The notes: generated from the sequence alone by a model not told the origin. A stretch of 64,000 bases of DNA from Ignavibacteriales bacterium (GCA_026390585.1 JAPLFP010000365.1:6768-70767); one strand, 5' to 3'; positions 1-9,092 are shown, numbered from the stretch's first letter. Made by a program: numbers and translations.

Positions 1-1
1 C

Positions 2-1702
2 TATTACAATGACGCGGCACGACAGTTTCTCGGCATCTGCTCGCTCAATGAAAACGGCGAGTTCTTGACACTGGAAAAGACCGCAGACGTCGATAAATAC
101 ATTTCCCGCTCAGGAATTGACCTCTACAAGTTCTTCCGGATCGGTGACGAAGCGGGCCCGAGCCAGATCACTCAGCCCATGACTATAGCCGGCAGGCAAG
201 TTCTGATTACCCGCCCGCAATTCGTTTATGAGAACACCACAAACTCGGTTCACACGTTGAAGTTTGATATCACCAGCCAGGTTGATTTCAACAATCAGCT
301 CAAGGCGGGTCTCTCATTCCAGTTCAATGACATCAACAGGGTCCAGAGGAACTCCGGTCTCGGTGCTGATGCGGCAGACGTACGGCGCCGGCTGCTTGTT
401 GAAAAGTGGGAAATGTACCCGACGATGTTTGGCGGCTATATTCAGGATAAGATGGAGTATGCCGGCCTTGTCATCAACCTCGGTGCCCGTATCGATCGAT
501 GGGATCCGAAAGCAGCAGACTTCGCGAACTACTACAACCTGTTTACCCTCAAAAACAATTACCCGGTCGACGATAGCTTACGGTCAGAGTGGATTCCGAC
601 TCGAGCCAACACCAATGTGTCGCCGTATTGGTTCTTCTCACCGCGCATCGGCGTGTCTCACCCGATTTCGGATGAGGCGGCGATGTATTTCTCGTATTCG
701 CGCAACTCTATTCCGCCTCCGTTCTCACGCGTCTATGCGAGCTACAACGCGCTTCTGGGGAATGCTGGTTCATACCCTGGTTTTGCCAGCCTGCGGCAAG
801 AGCCGACCAAATCTTCAAATTACGAACTCGGTGCTCAGTGGGAATTCATCCCGAAGAAGTTTGGCTTGTCGTTCGCCGCATACATGCGAGACATTCAGAA
901 CTACACCCAAGTGCAGATTAATGAGCAACTTGCGAACGGAGCAAACATCATGTGGATCACAGCCCAGTATGCCGATGCCCGCGGTGTTGAGTTCGGCCTG
1001 CAGGCGCTGAGACAGACGTACTTCGATTTCGTCAAACTCTATGGACGCCTGAATTACACATACAGCTACATCAAGGCGACTGGCTGGACGAGCAACGATG
1101 GACTCCAGCAAACCACCTTCTCGCGTCCCGACACAATGAAGTACGGAAACCTGTTACCGTTCAATGATTTCTGGTCCTACAACAAGGTCGAGACGAATGT
1201 CACCGGAGGAACCAGCACACTGCCAGGATCCTATGGCACCGGCGGCAACGACCGCGCACATCGGATCTCGTACGTTCTGTTCCTCGAATTCCCGTACCAA
1301 ATCATGCTCTCGTCGGTCGGCACGTTCTCGAGCGGGTTCTACTACCCGTTGAGCTACACGGCAGATGCTCGTGTTGCCGGGCGTAATTTCGGGCAGGCGC
1401 CGTGGAACAAGCAGGTTGACGTACGGCTTGAAAAAGGGTTCACAGTCGAAAACATCCGCTTTGCGGTGTACTTCGATATGAAGAACGTATTTAACTGGGT
1501 CAACATCCTCAGCTATGACAACACAAGTTCAGGCGCGCCGCTTTGGGAATATTCCAACGCCGGTAGGAACGTGGCCGGGGTCGCCGACCCATCAGCTGCC
1601 CCTGATCCGACGGGCACCTACAAGCGCGCAGTAGGCTTAGACGGAACCCTCTTCTACGACATTCCGCGTGAGTACTACTTTGGCGTAAGAATTGATTTCT
1701 AA
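2..1702 (+). CDS. TonB-dependent outer-membrane receptor, 5'-truncated by the window edge (C-terminal barrel)
   Basis: Frame is open from base 2. Barrel motifs YIQDKMEY..LVINLGARID, FSPRIGVSHPIS and YADARGVEF are present, and the protein ends in an aromatic residue (GVRIDF). Confidence 0.9.
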   Translation, partial: YYNDAARQFLGICSLNENGEFLTLEKTADVDKYISRSGIDLYKFFRIGDEAGPSQITQPMTIAGRQVLITRPQFVYENTTNSVHTLKFDITSQVDFNNQLKAGLSFQFNDINRVQRNSGLGADAADVRRRLLVEKWEMYPTMFGGYIQDKMEYAGLVINLGARIDRWDPKAADFANYYNLFTLKNNYPVDDSLRSEWIPTRANTNVSPYWFFSPRIGVSHPISDEAAMYFSYSRNSIPPPFSRVYASYNALLGNAGSYPGFASLRQEPTKSSNYELGAQWEFIPKKFGLSFAAYMRDIQNYTQVQINEQLANGANIMWITAQYADARGVEFGLQALRQTYFDFVKLYGRLNYTYSYIKATGWTSNDGLQQTTFSRPDTMKYGNLLPFNDFWSYNKVETNVTGGTSTLPGSYGTGGNDRAHRISYVLFLEFPYQIMLSSVGTFSSGFYYPLSYTADARVAGRNFGQAPWNKQVDVRLEKGFTVENIRFAVYFDMKNVFNWVNILSYDNTSSGAPLWEYSNAGRNVAGVADPSAAPDPTGTYKRAVGLDGTLFYDIPREYYFGVRIDF

Positions 1703-1748
1703 GAGAACGACACAGACTGTGAACTATACTATGAATGGGAGTAACATT

Positions 1749-4319
1749 ATGAACATGACAAGACAAAGAGGGTTGCTCTTAGCGACCCTTGCTCTATTGC
1801 TCGTTGTCGTTCCGGCGTCATTGTTCGCCCAGACTGCACCCGCTACCTCGACAGTAAACTACCCGGGGGGCGGTGCGATTATTGCGGGCGATTTGTGGGA
1901 TTCATACCTGCCGATGAGCTTTACGCCGGCCGCACAAGGGGGCGATGCCGCAACGTACCTGACGCTGGGCTATCGCGTCTTTATCCGCTCGGGCAACTTC
2001 GATCGCGGTTGGTCAACCCCGATGTCACACTGGCCTGCTGCGTGGTGGTATACGAACTACTGGTACAAAAGCGCCTGGGTCGGAGCGTTTGATCCAGATA
2101 CAACGTTCAATCCGACAACAATTGGAGGTAAAGTAAATCCAAGCTACATCTCCCCCACCACCACCGGTAATAACTACGCGGAGGTGCAGTATATGCCCAC
2201 GCTGCTTGGTGGAACAGATCCCACCCGCCATTATACTGTCGAGCCATACTGGGTGGATGGTACACGGCGGCAACATGCGGTGTACGAGGCGGCAATGCCC
2301 ACAAACCTGGGAATCGACGTGAAGATACGCGCCCACGGTTTCCAGGGACCAAACTGGAATAACCTGAACGACTTCGTCACGCTGGAGATCGAGTTGAAGA
2401 ACACCGGAAACCTTGACATGAATATGGATGGTGTCCCGGAGAAGGTAAACAACACGATCAAGGCGCTTGCGTTTGAGTGGTCGTCAGAGAGATATATGTC
2501 GGTTGGTAGCTACAACGGTGGTGGCCGCAACAGGAATGATATTGCACCCGTCATACTCACCGATCAGGCGGCATGGGTCGATGATGCGGATGCCAACGGT
2601 GCACCGTGGGCATTTTCCACGATGTACCCCGATGTATGGGCATTGAACCCCACACCCGGGAATGTCAATATGGGCTTCCAAACCTCTACCCTGTATCAGT
2701 ATACAGACATCTGGTCCGGATATGTTATGATCGACGCAAAGCAGGGAGGCTTACCGACGGATCGATCGAAGACGGTCGTAAACAGCCCAACTAAAAAAAC
2801 GATCTTCGGAACAGATCCCATTGGTGTTGGCGCACAGCGCGGGTGGTATGTCTCCGCTGGAAGCCAGGCCCAGGTTGCCAGTTATGCCAACCCGAAGGCA
2901 CAGTTCGTGACAGCGGTCGGAACATGGTTCCTGGATGGCGGCAAGAGTCGACAGACAGACGTACAAAACTTCAATCTCAATCCGAATCCAAACTTCTTCG
3001 CCAGCGGCACGGCGGGCGACATTACGACGTTTGTTCCGAAAGCGAGCCCCGGACGCCCGGATGGAGACTTCAAAACCTCGAACGTTTTTGACAATCCATC
3101 GTACGAGGATGGCAAGGCAGATGCCACGACGAACTATCCAACCGGCTGGGGAAAATTCTCCAAAGGAGGCAGTAACACGGAGAACTTTAATGGCGATCAA
3201 TTCGTCGGTGTTGGCCCATTCAGCCTCGCCCCGGGCGAGTCCATGACAATCGTCATGGCGAACGTTGCGGGATTCCGCCTCGAAGGCATCCAGAAAGCTG
3301 TGCGGGCAGCACGGTGGGCATATCAACAGAACTATGTTCTTCCTGTGTTGCCGCCTCTGCCCGACATGAAGGTCACAAACACCCTGACAAAATCTGTCGC
3401 GGTGGAATGGGACAAGCGAGCGGAAACGGACGCTGAATTTGCCGGATACAAAATCTATAAATCCTCAGGGTACTTGAAGAAGTATTTCCTGGAAGAAGGT
3501 ATGCGTGTGGTCGACCGGTATCAGGAGAACATGACCCCCGGCCCGATTCCCGCAAGCCTGAAGAAACCCGTCAACCCGAAGTTTGACGCTTTTGGTCTCG
3601 TGAATTCTACAACACTCCAGGGATCATATAATCCTGATGTATGGGGCACATGGGATCTGATTGCAGTCATACCAAAAACTCAGCTCTCGAGCCTACCGGC
3701 TTCCACATATTTTACATCTGGATACAAATATGATGACAAGGACGTTGTCCTCGGGTTCTCGTACTGGTACTATGTTGCTGCGTACAAGGAAGGTACCTAC
3801 ACAGGTCCCGATGGCGAGACAATAAACCGCATCGAGACTCACAGTACGAATAGAAACGGCTCCTCGGGGCTATGGCAGCTCACATTCCCGTTTGCATACC
3901 AGAACGCCAACTACGGAAAGATCGCTACGACGGATGCAGCTGCAAGCGCGGCTGGCTTGAAGAACATTGGCGCTGTGCAGATCGTCTACTCGGCGCTCGC
4001 TCCGACAGGCGTTGTTTCCACCGTTGGAGTACGCCCGAATCCGTACAAGAAGGCTGCGCTCCACGACAACAGGACGAACGTCTATGATCATAAGCTGTTG
4101 TTCTATAATCTTCCCCCGCAGTGCAAGATTACGATCACCGACGTTGCGGGACAGATCATCGACGTCATTAATTTCAGCTCTGCCGACGCGAACAAAGGGA
4201 GCACATTCTGGGATATGTTCTCCAAGGATGGCCTTGAGTGCGCAAGCGGACTGTACCTCTATATCGTCGAGTCGCCAACCGGTGACAAGAAGATCGGTCA
4301 ATTCTCGATATTACGCTAA
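1749..4319 (+). CDS. Large secreted protein with an FN3-like domain and a C-terminal T9SS-CTD/FlgD-like Ig domain
   Basis: GGGAG lies 7 nt before ATG 1749. Sec signal ends ASLFA/QTA. FN3-like PPLPDMKV..VEWD..FAGYKIYKS..YWYYVAAY. C-tail VRPNPY..LFYNLP..ITITDVAGQII..WDMFSKDG..ASGLYLYIV. Confidence 0.8.
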   Translation: MNMTRQRGLLLATLALLLVVVPASLFAQTAPATSTVNYPGGGAIIAGDLWDSYLPMSFTPAAQGGDAATYLTLGYRVFIRSGNFDRGWSTPMSHWPAAWWYTNYWYKSAWVGAFDPDTTFNPTTIGGKVNPSYISPTTTGNNYAEVQYMPTLLGGTDPTRHYTVEPYWVDGTRRQHAVYEAAMPTNLGIDVKIRAHGFQGPNWNNLNDFVTLEIELKNTGNLDMNMDGVPEKVNNTIKALAFEWSSERYMSVGSYNGGGRNRNDIAPVILTDQAAWVDDADANGAPWAFSTMYPDVWALNPTPGNVNMGFQTSTLYQYTDIWSGYVMIDAKQGGLPTDRSKTVVNSPTKKTIFGTDPIGVGAQRGWYVSAGSQAQVASYANPKAQFVTAVGTWFLDGGKSRQTDVQNFNLNPNPNFFASGTAGDITTFVPKASPGRPDGDFKTSNVFDNPSYEDGKADATTNYPTGWGKFSKGGSNTENFNGDQFVGVGPFSLAPGESMTIVMANVAGFRLEGIQKAVRAARWAYQQNYVLPVLPPLPDMKVTNTLTKSVAVEWDKRAETDAEFAGYKIYKSSGYLKKYFLEEGMRVVDRYQENMTPGPIPASLKKPVNPKFDAFGLVNSTTLQGSYNPDVWGTWDLIAVIPKTQLSSLPASTYFTSGYKYDDKDVVLGFSYWYYVAAYKEGTYTGPDGETINRIETHSTNRNGSSGLWQLTFPFAYQNANYGKIATTDAAASAAGLKNIGAVQIVYSALAPTGVVSTVGVRPNPYKKAALHDNRTNVYDHKLLFYNLPPQCKITITDVAGQIIDVINFSSADANKGSTFWDMFSKDGLECASGLYLYIVESPTGDKKIGQFSILR

Positions 4320-4344
4320 TCAAATAACTATGAGGGCAAGATCT

Positions 4345-5385
4345 ATGAAAAAGATCTCTTCAATATCTATTGCGGCTTTGCTCCTCGTGGTTTTTGCCAC
4401 CGGGATCGTGACCGCTCAGACACGCAAGGCGGGTATTAACGCCGCTGCGTTTCTGAAGGTCGGCGTGGGAGCGCGACAAGTCGGAATGGGATCGGCTGTC
4501 ACATCCCTGAATGGGGACGTGACGAACATATTCTGGAATCCCGCCGGTGTTGCGCTCCGCGATGAGAAAGCCCAGGTATCATTTACGTACAACTCGTGGA
4601 TCGGCGGCCTCAAACAGAATGCCGTTGCTGCGAGCTATAACATGGAAGGAATCGGAACGATCGGCCTTGGTGTCATGACGTTAGGGATCAGTGGTATCAT
4701 AGCCGACCGTGATATCTATCCAGGGAACGCCGCGTTGACGGCACTCCAGATCGACCAGGCAACGGCCGACACATACGATTACATGGACATGGTCGCGCAG
4801 CTTACGTATTCGACCTATGTGATGGACCGCCTTACCCTTGGTGCGTCGTTCAAATTCATCAATGAGAAAATCGACGATCAAAATGCGACGGCCATTGGGT
4901 TCGACCTGGGTTCGGTCTACAATATCGGAATCTCCAACTGGAACATCGGAGCCCGCATCAGCAATCTGGGAGGCGATATGAAGTTCTACGATTACGCTTC
5001 CCCGATCCCGTTGACGTTCAGCGTAGGAACTTCGCTGGTTCCGGTCCGCATCGGATCGAATTCGGTACTGCTCGCGGTCGATCTTGTGAAACCCCAAGAC
5101 GGTCAGCAATATTATTACACCGGCTTTGAGTACAACTACAACAACACGGTGTTCCTCCGTGGCGGCTGGAAAATGAACTACAGCTACATGGGCCTTGCCG
5201 GCGACGGCATTGACGAAGGAACGACGCTGCGTCAGGGTGTCCAAACGAGCTTGGAAAAGGGGTCGTTGGGTGCCGGTGTACGCGTTCCCATGGCGGAGTA
5301 TACGATCGCCCTGGACTATTCGTACACGGTGTTCACATCTTTCTCCGATGTGCACCGCTTAACGCTTCACCTTTCCATGAAGTAA
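4345..5385 (+). CDS. PorV/PorQ-like (UPF0164) outer-membrane beta-barrel
   Basis: The signal peptide starts at ATG 4345 (the ORF-track start at 3967 overlaps the previous gene). Motif AAFLKVGVGARQVGMGSA..IFWNPAG is present, followed by amphipathic strands. Confidence 0.85.
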   Translation: MKKISSISIAALLLVVFATGIVTAQTRKAGINAAAFLKVGVGARQVGMGSAVTSLNGDVTNIFWNPAGVALRDEKAQVSFTYNSWIGGLKQNAVAASYNMEGIGTIGLGVMTLGISGIIADRDIYPGNAALTALQIDQATADTYDYMDMVAQLTYSTYVMDRLTLGASFKFINEKIDDQNATAIGFDLGSVYNIGISNWNIGARISNLGGDMKFYDYASPIPLTFSVGTSLVPVRIGSNSVLLAVDLVKPQDGQQYYYTGFEYNYNNTVFLRGGWKMNYSYMGLAGDGIDEGTTLRQGVQTSLEKGSLGAGVRVPMAEYTIALDYSYTVFTSFSDVHRLTLHLSMK

Positions 5386-5390
5386 GAGGA

Positions 5391-5436
5391 GTCTGCTTTG
5401 TCGCCCATCCCGCACCGCGGGATGGGCGGGGCAGGC
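5391..5436. terminator. Strong hairpin just after the PorV-like gene (terminator or mRNA-stabilising stem)
   Basis: Perfect 12-bp stem CGCCCATCCCGC (5402-5413) / GCGGGATGGGCG (5417-5428), extendable with G-U pairs to 5391-5436. There is no clear U-tract. Confidence 0.45.
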
Positions 5437-5507
5437 GAATCGAAAAGAGGGCACACCCTCACCGCGTTCTCCTTTGCGGTGCGAGCGTGAACCGAAACGG
5501 AAAGAAT

Positions 5508-5575
5508 TGGGGTAATCTCCTCTTCAGGGTCTCCCCCGATGGTCGGGGGCGGTCGCCCGAATAGCGATTACCCCA
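5508..5575. other. Long imperfect hairpin of unknown function
   Basis: TGGGGTAATC (5508-5517) pairs with GATTACCCCA (5566-5575). Inner TTC-A-GGG/CCC-GAA, apical CCCCCGA-TGG-TCGGGGG, followed by TCTTTATTT. Confidence 0.55.
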
Positions 5576-5584
5576 TCTTTATTT

Positions 5585-5756
5585 CTAGAAGCCATCTCAA
5601 AAATGCCTATTCTGTCCTACAATGACTTCAGGCAAAAGTGTCATTGCGAGCGCTGTTTGCGAAGCAATCTGTACATGCATAGATTGCTTCGTCGTCCCGA
5701 AGAGGAGAAGCGGGACTCCTCGCAATGACACTAAAGGTTTTTGAGATGAGTTCTAG
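5585..5756. mobile_element. MITE-like / REP-like nested palindromic element (172 bp)
   Basis: Terminal inverted repeats match at 17/19 nt (CTAGAAGCCATCTCAAAAA 5585-5603; TTTTTGAGATGAGTTCTAG 5738-5756), with CTAG at both ends. Inner perfect IRs are AGTGTCATTGCGAG/CTCGCAATGACACT (14 bp) and CGAAGCAATCT/AGATTGCTTCG (11 bp). Confidence 0.7.
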
Positions 5757-5836
5757 CTTGATTGAAATAGGATACGAGGGAAAATCCGATTTCGATATTG
5801 TCTAGAGTTTAGAATTTCGTGCTTTGAGTTTCTTAA

Positions 5837-5886
5837 TAGAAAATCATTCGGTTGTTGAACTGAACGAAATTCTGAAAGAGGGGTGA
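5837..5886 (+). pseudogene. Relic 3' end of a Gfo/Idh/MocA oxidoreductase gene
   Basis: Reads ENHSVVELNEILKEG*, versus ENHSVIELNDILKAE* at the end of the 27686-28702 gene. 46/52 nt are identical over 5837-5888 vs 28653-28704. Confidence 0.8.
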
Positions 5887-5990
5887 CCATGAGACCATCT
5901 CGGAGGAAGTTCCTCAACACGGCCGCCTTGACAATGGCGGGCGTTGCACTTGCCCCAAGGGAAACACTCGCGGAATATGTGCCTGATGAC
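5837..5990 (+). repeat. Copy 1 of a 154-nt dispersed direct repeat (oxidoreductase tail plus Tat leader)
   Basis: Manual ungapped alignment to 28653-28806 gives 129/154 identical nt. Confidence 0.9.
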
Positions 5991-7862
5991 GCGAGTATCT
6001 TAAAAGGTACACCAATGTCAACATTCCCGTGGTTACGAAACCTCAGTGATTTCTTCGTCGGAAGCCTTCGGAATGCAAGACATTTCGACCGGGAAGCATA
6101 CATCCGTCAACTTGCAGATCAGGGATTTACACACGTCAGCATCAACGGCCTTGGCGCTGATCGACCGTTTGAGTCCGGCCCGCCGGGGGATGTGTACTCG
6201 TGGTTCTATGATTACAGTCCGGATCTTGACCAATTCGTGACGAGTAAACTAATCGATGGCTTCTACCCTGAGGAATACCTCAGGAAGAATCTCGAATTTC
6301 TGAAATCCGGAGCAGCCCTCGCAATGAAATACGGAGTTGTGCCGGGTTTGCACGTCAATTCTCCACGATCGATGCCAGAGAAGTTCTGGGAGAAGTGTCC
6401 CTTTCTTCGCGGCGCACGCATCGACCATCCGCGGGAAAGCTTCCGACCGCGCTATACGCTTGCGATGGCTCACCCAGTCGTTCAGCAACACTATCGGGAG
6501 CTTGTTCATAACCTCATGAAGGAAGTGCCGCAACTGGGCTTCATTCACGTTTGGACGAATGACAGCGGATCGGGATTCGAGTTTGTGGCATCGCTGTACG
6601 CCGGCCGAAACGGAGGGCCATATCTGATTCGCGAGTGGAAAAGTGACGATGAGATTGCGCGCAGAGCGGCGGAAAACGTTCTGACCTACTATCACCTGCT
6701 GCGCGACCAATCAAAGAAGCTGAACCCAGCGTTTCGCGTAATTTGCGATCTCGGACCATTCTACGCAGAACGGAAGTACATCGCACCCGGTCTTGGCGAT
6801 GGCCTCGATGCAGGAGAATTTGCCTCATTCGAAAAACCGGAGAGCAGAGAAGAACGCGAAATGCTGAACCGCGTGGGCGCGGTTGTCCACCAGAAGCTCG
6901 ATCTTGGGGACAACAATGTTCTGGGGGTGCCGTGTCCAAAGCTGGTATACGAGCGCCTGCAAGGGGCGGCAAAAGCCGGTGCCACGCATGTGATGGTGGG
7001 TGTGACCCCACGCTCGCTGGCTCCCTTTGATATCAACGGAGATGTCCTCCAGGCATTTCAACAGAATTCCCAGACACCCCTGGAAGATGTAATCAACGCA
7101 AGTGCTGAACGATGGGTCGGGTCGGCGCACGCACAGAGCTTGCGAGAACTCTGGGCTCTGTCAGATACCGCTGTACGATCATATCCTTTCGGCATTCCGT
7201 ATAGCACCTTTGCATTTCCATGGTTTCGGCTGTGGATTCGACCGTTCGTGCCGAATATTGATACCATCCCGGAATCGGACCGTTTGTACTACGAGCGCTA
7301 TCTTCTCGCAACGTTCAACAATCCAGCGCGCATCGATCTGAACAACGACATGATGTGGAACTTCCTGACGGTGGAGGAGGCTGGAGAAAAGAAACGCTCC
7401 ATCGACCGATCGGTAATTCCACCCCTCAGTCAAGCCGTTGCGCGCTCGACGGAACTGCTTCAACACATCGAACACGCATCTCCAGCAGGCAAAGTGTTTC
7501 AGGATCTCCATGATCGTCTTTGCGCCGCACAGTGCTACTATCGAACAATGAGAAACACTGTCGCCTGGACAGAATCGGTTCATGGATACATGGAGGCGAA
7601 GTCGCAGACGGAGAAACAGAAATTCCGAGAACTGTGTCGAGAGATGGTTGTCAATGAACTGGACAACGCACGAAACCTTCTGAAGCTCTGGACGGAGAGC
7701 CACGTTGACTGGATGCCGGTGACGACCGGTGAAGAATCACTCCATATCTATGCGGATAACTTCGGGGATCATGTTCGACGAAAAATTGAGTTGATGAACC
7801 GGCACGCGACAGATGAACCGTACATTGATCCCAACTATATGTGGAGGATGCCGAAAGAGTAA
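5889..7862 (+). CDS. Tat-exported uncharacterised glycoside-hydrolase-like (probable TIM-barrel) protein, paralog of 61201-63534
   Basis: Tat motif SRRKFL. Shares blocks with the 61201 protein: LDQFV.S, GAR.DHP..S..PR..L..AHPV, W.NDSG.GFE...SLY.GRNGG.Y.IREWK. Confidence 0.65.
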   Translation: MRPSRRKFLNTAALTMAGVALAPRETLAEYVPDDASILKGTPMSTFPWLRNLSDFFVGSLRNARHFDREAYIRQLADQGFTHVSINGLGADRPFESGPPGDVYSWFYDYSPDLDQFVTSKLIDGFYPEEYLRKNLEFLKSGAALAMKYGVVPGLHVNSPRSMPEKFWEKCPFLRGARIDHPRESFRPRYTLAMAHPVVQQHYRELVHNLMKEVPQLGFIHVWTNDSGSGFEFVASLYAGRNGGPYLIREWKSDDEIARRAAENVLTYYHLLRDQSKKLNPAFRVICDLGPFYAERKYIAPGLGDGLDAGEFASFEKPESREEREMLNRVGAVVHQKLDLGDNNVLGVPCPKLVYERLQGAAKAGATHVMVGVTPRSLAPFDINGDVLQAFQQNSQTPLEDVINASAERWVGSAHAQSLRELWALSDTAVRSYPFGIPYSTFAFPWFRLWIRPFVPNIDTIPESDRLYYERYLLATFNNPARIDLNNDMMWNFLTVEEAGEKKRSIDRSVIPPLSQAVARSTELLQHIEHASPAGKVFQDLHDRLCAAQCYYRTMRNTVAWTESVHGYMEAKSQTEKQKFRELCREMVVNELDNARNLLKLWTESHVDWMPVTTGEESLHIYADNFGDHVRRKIELMNRHATDEPYIDPNYMWRMPKE

Positions 7863-7913
7863 GTTTCAAGTTCAAAGGTCTCGAGTTCAACGTCCATCAA
7901 TTGAGATATAGCG

Positions 7914-9065
7914 ATGCTACATGAGGTGAACATACGGTATCCGATTAACGAGATGGAGCTCAGCAGGAGGAGGTGGGAAGCGGCGTACAGATTTGGGTGG
8001 ATTGACAGAGCGCCAGTGTTTCTTGGCATTGAGGCCCGCTACCTGCTCCATGAACGCCGTGTGACGTTCGCCGAATATTTCAGCGGCCCAAAGACGCAGC
8101 TTATTCATCAACTTGAGAATCTCAAGTGGCGCATTGAGAATATTCCTGACGATTGGTTTCGTGAACCAATCCTCACGATTTCACCCGATTTTCAGAATGT
8201 CGCCAATGCCAGTGGGTGCGGCTGCGAGATTCTTTGGCAGGAGAATGAAACGCCTCAAGCGATCGACCGGATCTTTACGATCGATGAGATGATTCGTCAC
8301 GAGCTCCCTGATTGGCATGACACGCTGTGGGGAAAGCGGCTGGTGTGGTATCGGGAGATGAAGAGGCTCGCGGAGGAAGTCGACGTGCGGCTGAACGGTG
8401 AGAGAATCCCCGTCACCGTAACACTTGGGATCAATGCCGATAGTCCGTTCATGACAGCTGTAGACCTAGCTGGGGCGAATTTCTATAATTGGCTCCTTGA
8501 AGCTCCTGAGGAATGTAAAGCATTTCTACAGAAGATCACGAATCGCTATATTGAAGTCGAGACGGAATTTCGCCGGGTATCGGGAAGGTCGCTTGATAAT
8601 GGGCTGATGTACTCGGACGACTCGGCGCAGATTATTTCACCCGAACAATATCGGGAGTTTTGTGTCCCTGTTGGCCGCCAGCTCTATGGCTTGTTTGGCA
8701 ACAGCAGGCACGACGGCAGGATGATGCATCTCTGCGGAAGAAATGTCCATCTCCACGAATCTCTTCTCAATGATCTGCACATCACGATGCTGACGGGCTA
8801 TGGTTCCGAGAATGCGCCGGACGAAATGTATCTCCTGGCAGGCAAAATGCTCCTTCACGGAAATATCGGTCCCATGACGCTGTTGAGAGGGACGCCCAAC
8901 GATGTTGCAAAGGAAACCATGATCCTCCTGAACACCCTCGCGCCGTTTGGCGGTATCATTGTTGGAGATGGGTACAATGTTGCGCCGGGCTCGCCGCTCG
9001 GGAACCTGGAGAGCGTCCGGAAAACGTGCGAACAGTATGGAGTGCCGCCGACGGCCCCTCAATGA
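7914..9065 (+). CDS. Uroporphyrinogen decarboxylase (URO-D)/MtaA-like superfamily protein
   Basis: DRAPVF, DSPFMTAVDLAG, SDDSAQIISPEQYREF..P, MHLCG, LHGNIGP..L..GTP..V..E motifs. No signal peptide. Confidence 0.8.
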   Translation: MLHEVNIRYPINEMELSRRRWEAAYRFGWIDRAPVFLGIEARYLLHERRVTFAEYFSGPKTQLIHQLENLKWRIENIPDDWFREPILTISPDFQNVANASGCGCEILWQENETPQAIDRIFTIDEMIRHELPDWHDTLWGKRLVWYREMKRLAEEVDVRLNGERIPVTVTLGINADSPFMTAVDLAGANFYNWLLEAPEECKAFLQKITNRYIEVETEFRRVSGRSLDNGLMYSDDSAQIISPEQYREFCVPVGRQLYGLFGNSRHDGRMMHLCGRNVHLHESLLNDLHITMLTGYGSENAPDEMYLLAGKMLLHGNIGPMTLLRGTPNDVAKETMILLNTLAPFGGIIVGDGYNVAPGSPLGNLESVRKTCEQYGVPPTAPQ

Positions 9066-9092
9066 AAACTCGATGTTTGAAGAAATAATTTG

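Noticed and set aside
3967-4344. ORF-track 5' extension of the PorV-like gene (similar extensions at 1692, 10651, 15736, 37015, 39803, 51726)
   Set aside because: These overlap the upstream genes in another frame; signal peptides and RBSs point to the later starts used above.
5440-5584. Known riboswitch, ribozyme, 6S RNA or group II intron end
   Set aside because: Only fragments match (TCTTCAGGG as in FMN; CTGAAGAG on the minus strand as in a hammerhead; GTGCG). The downstream conserved cores are absent.
5789-5832. Degenerate 7-nt periodic tract (also 7862-7896)
   Set aside because: Too degenerate to define a repeat unit; resembles common low-complexity intergenic heptamer tracts.
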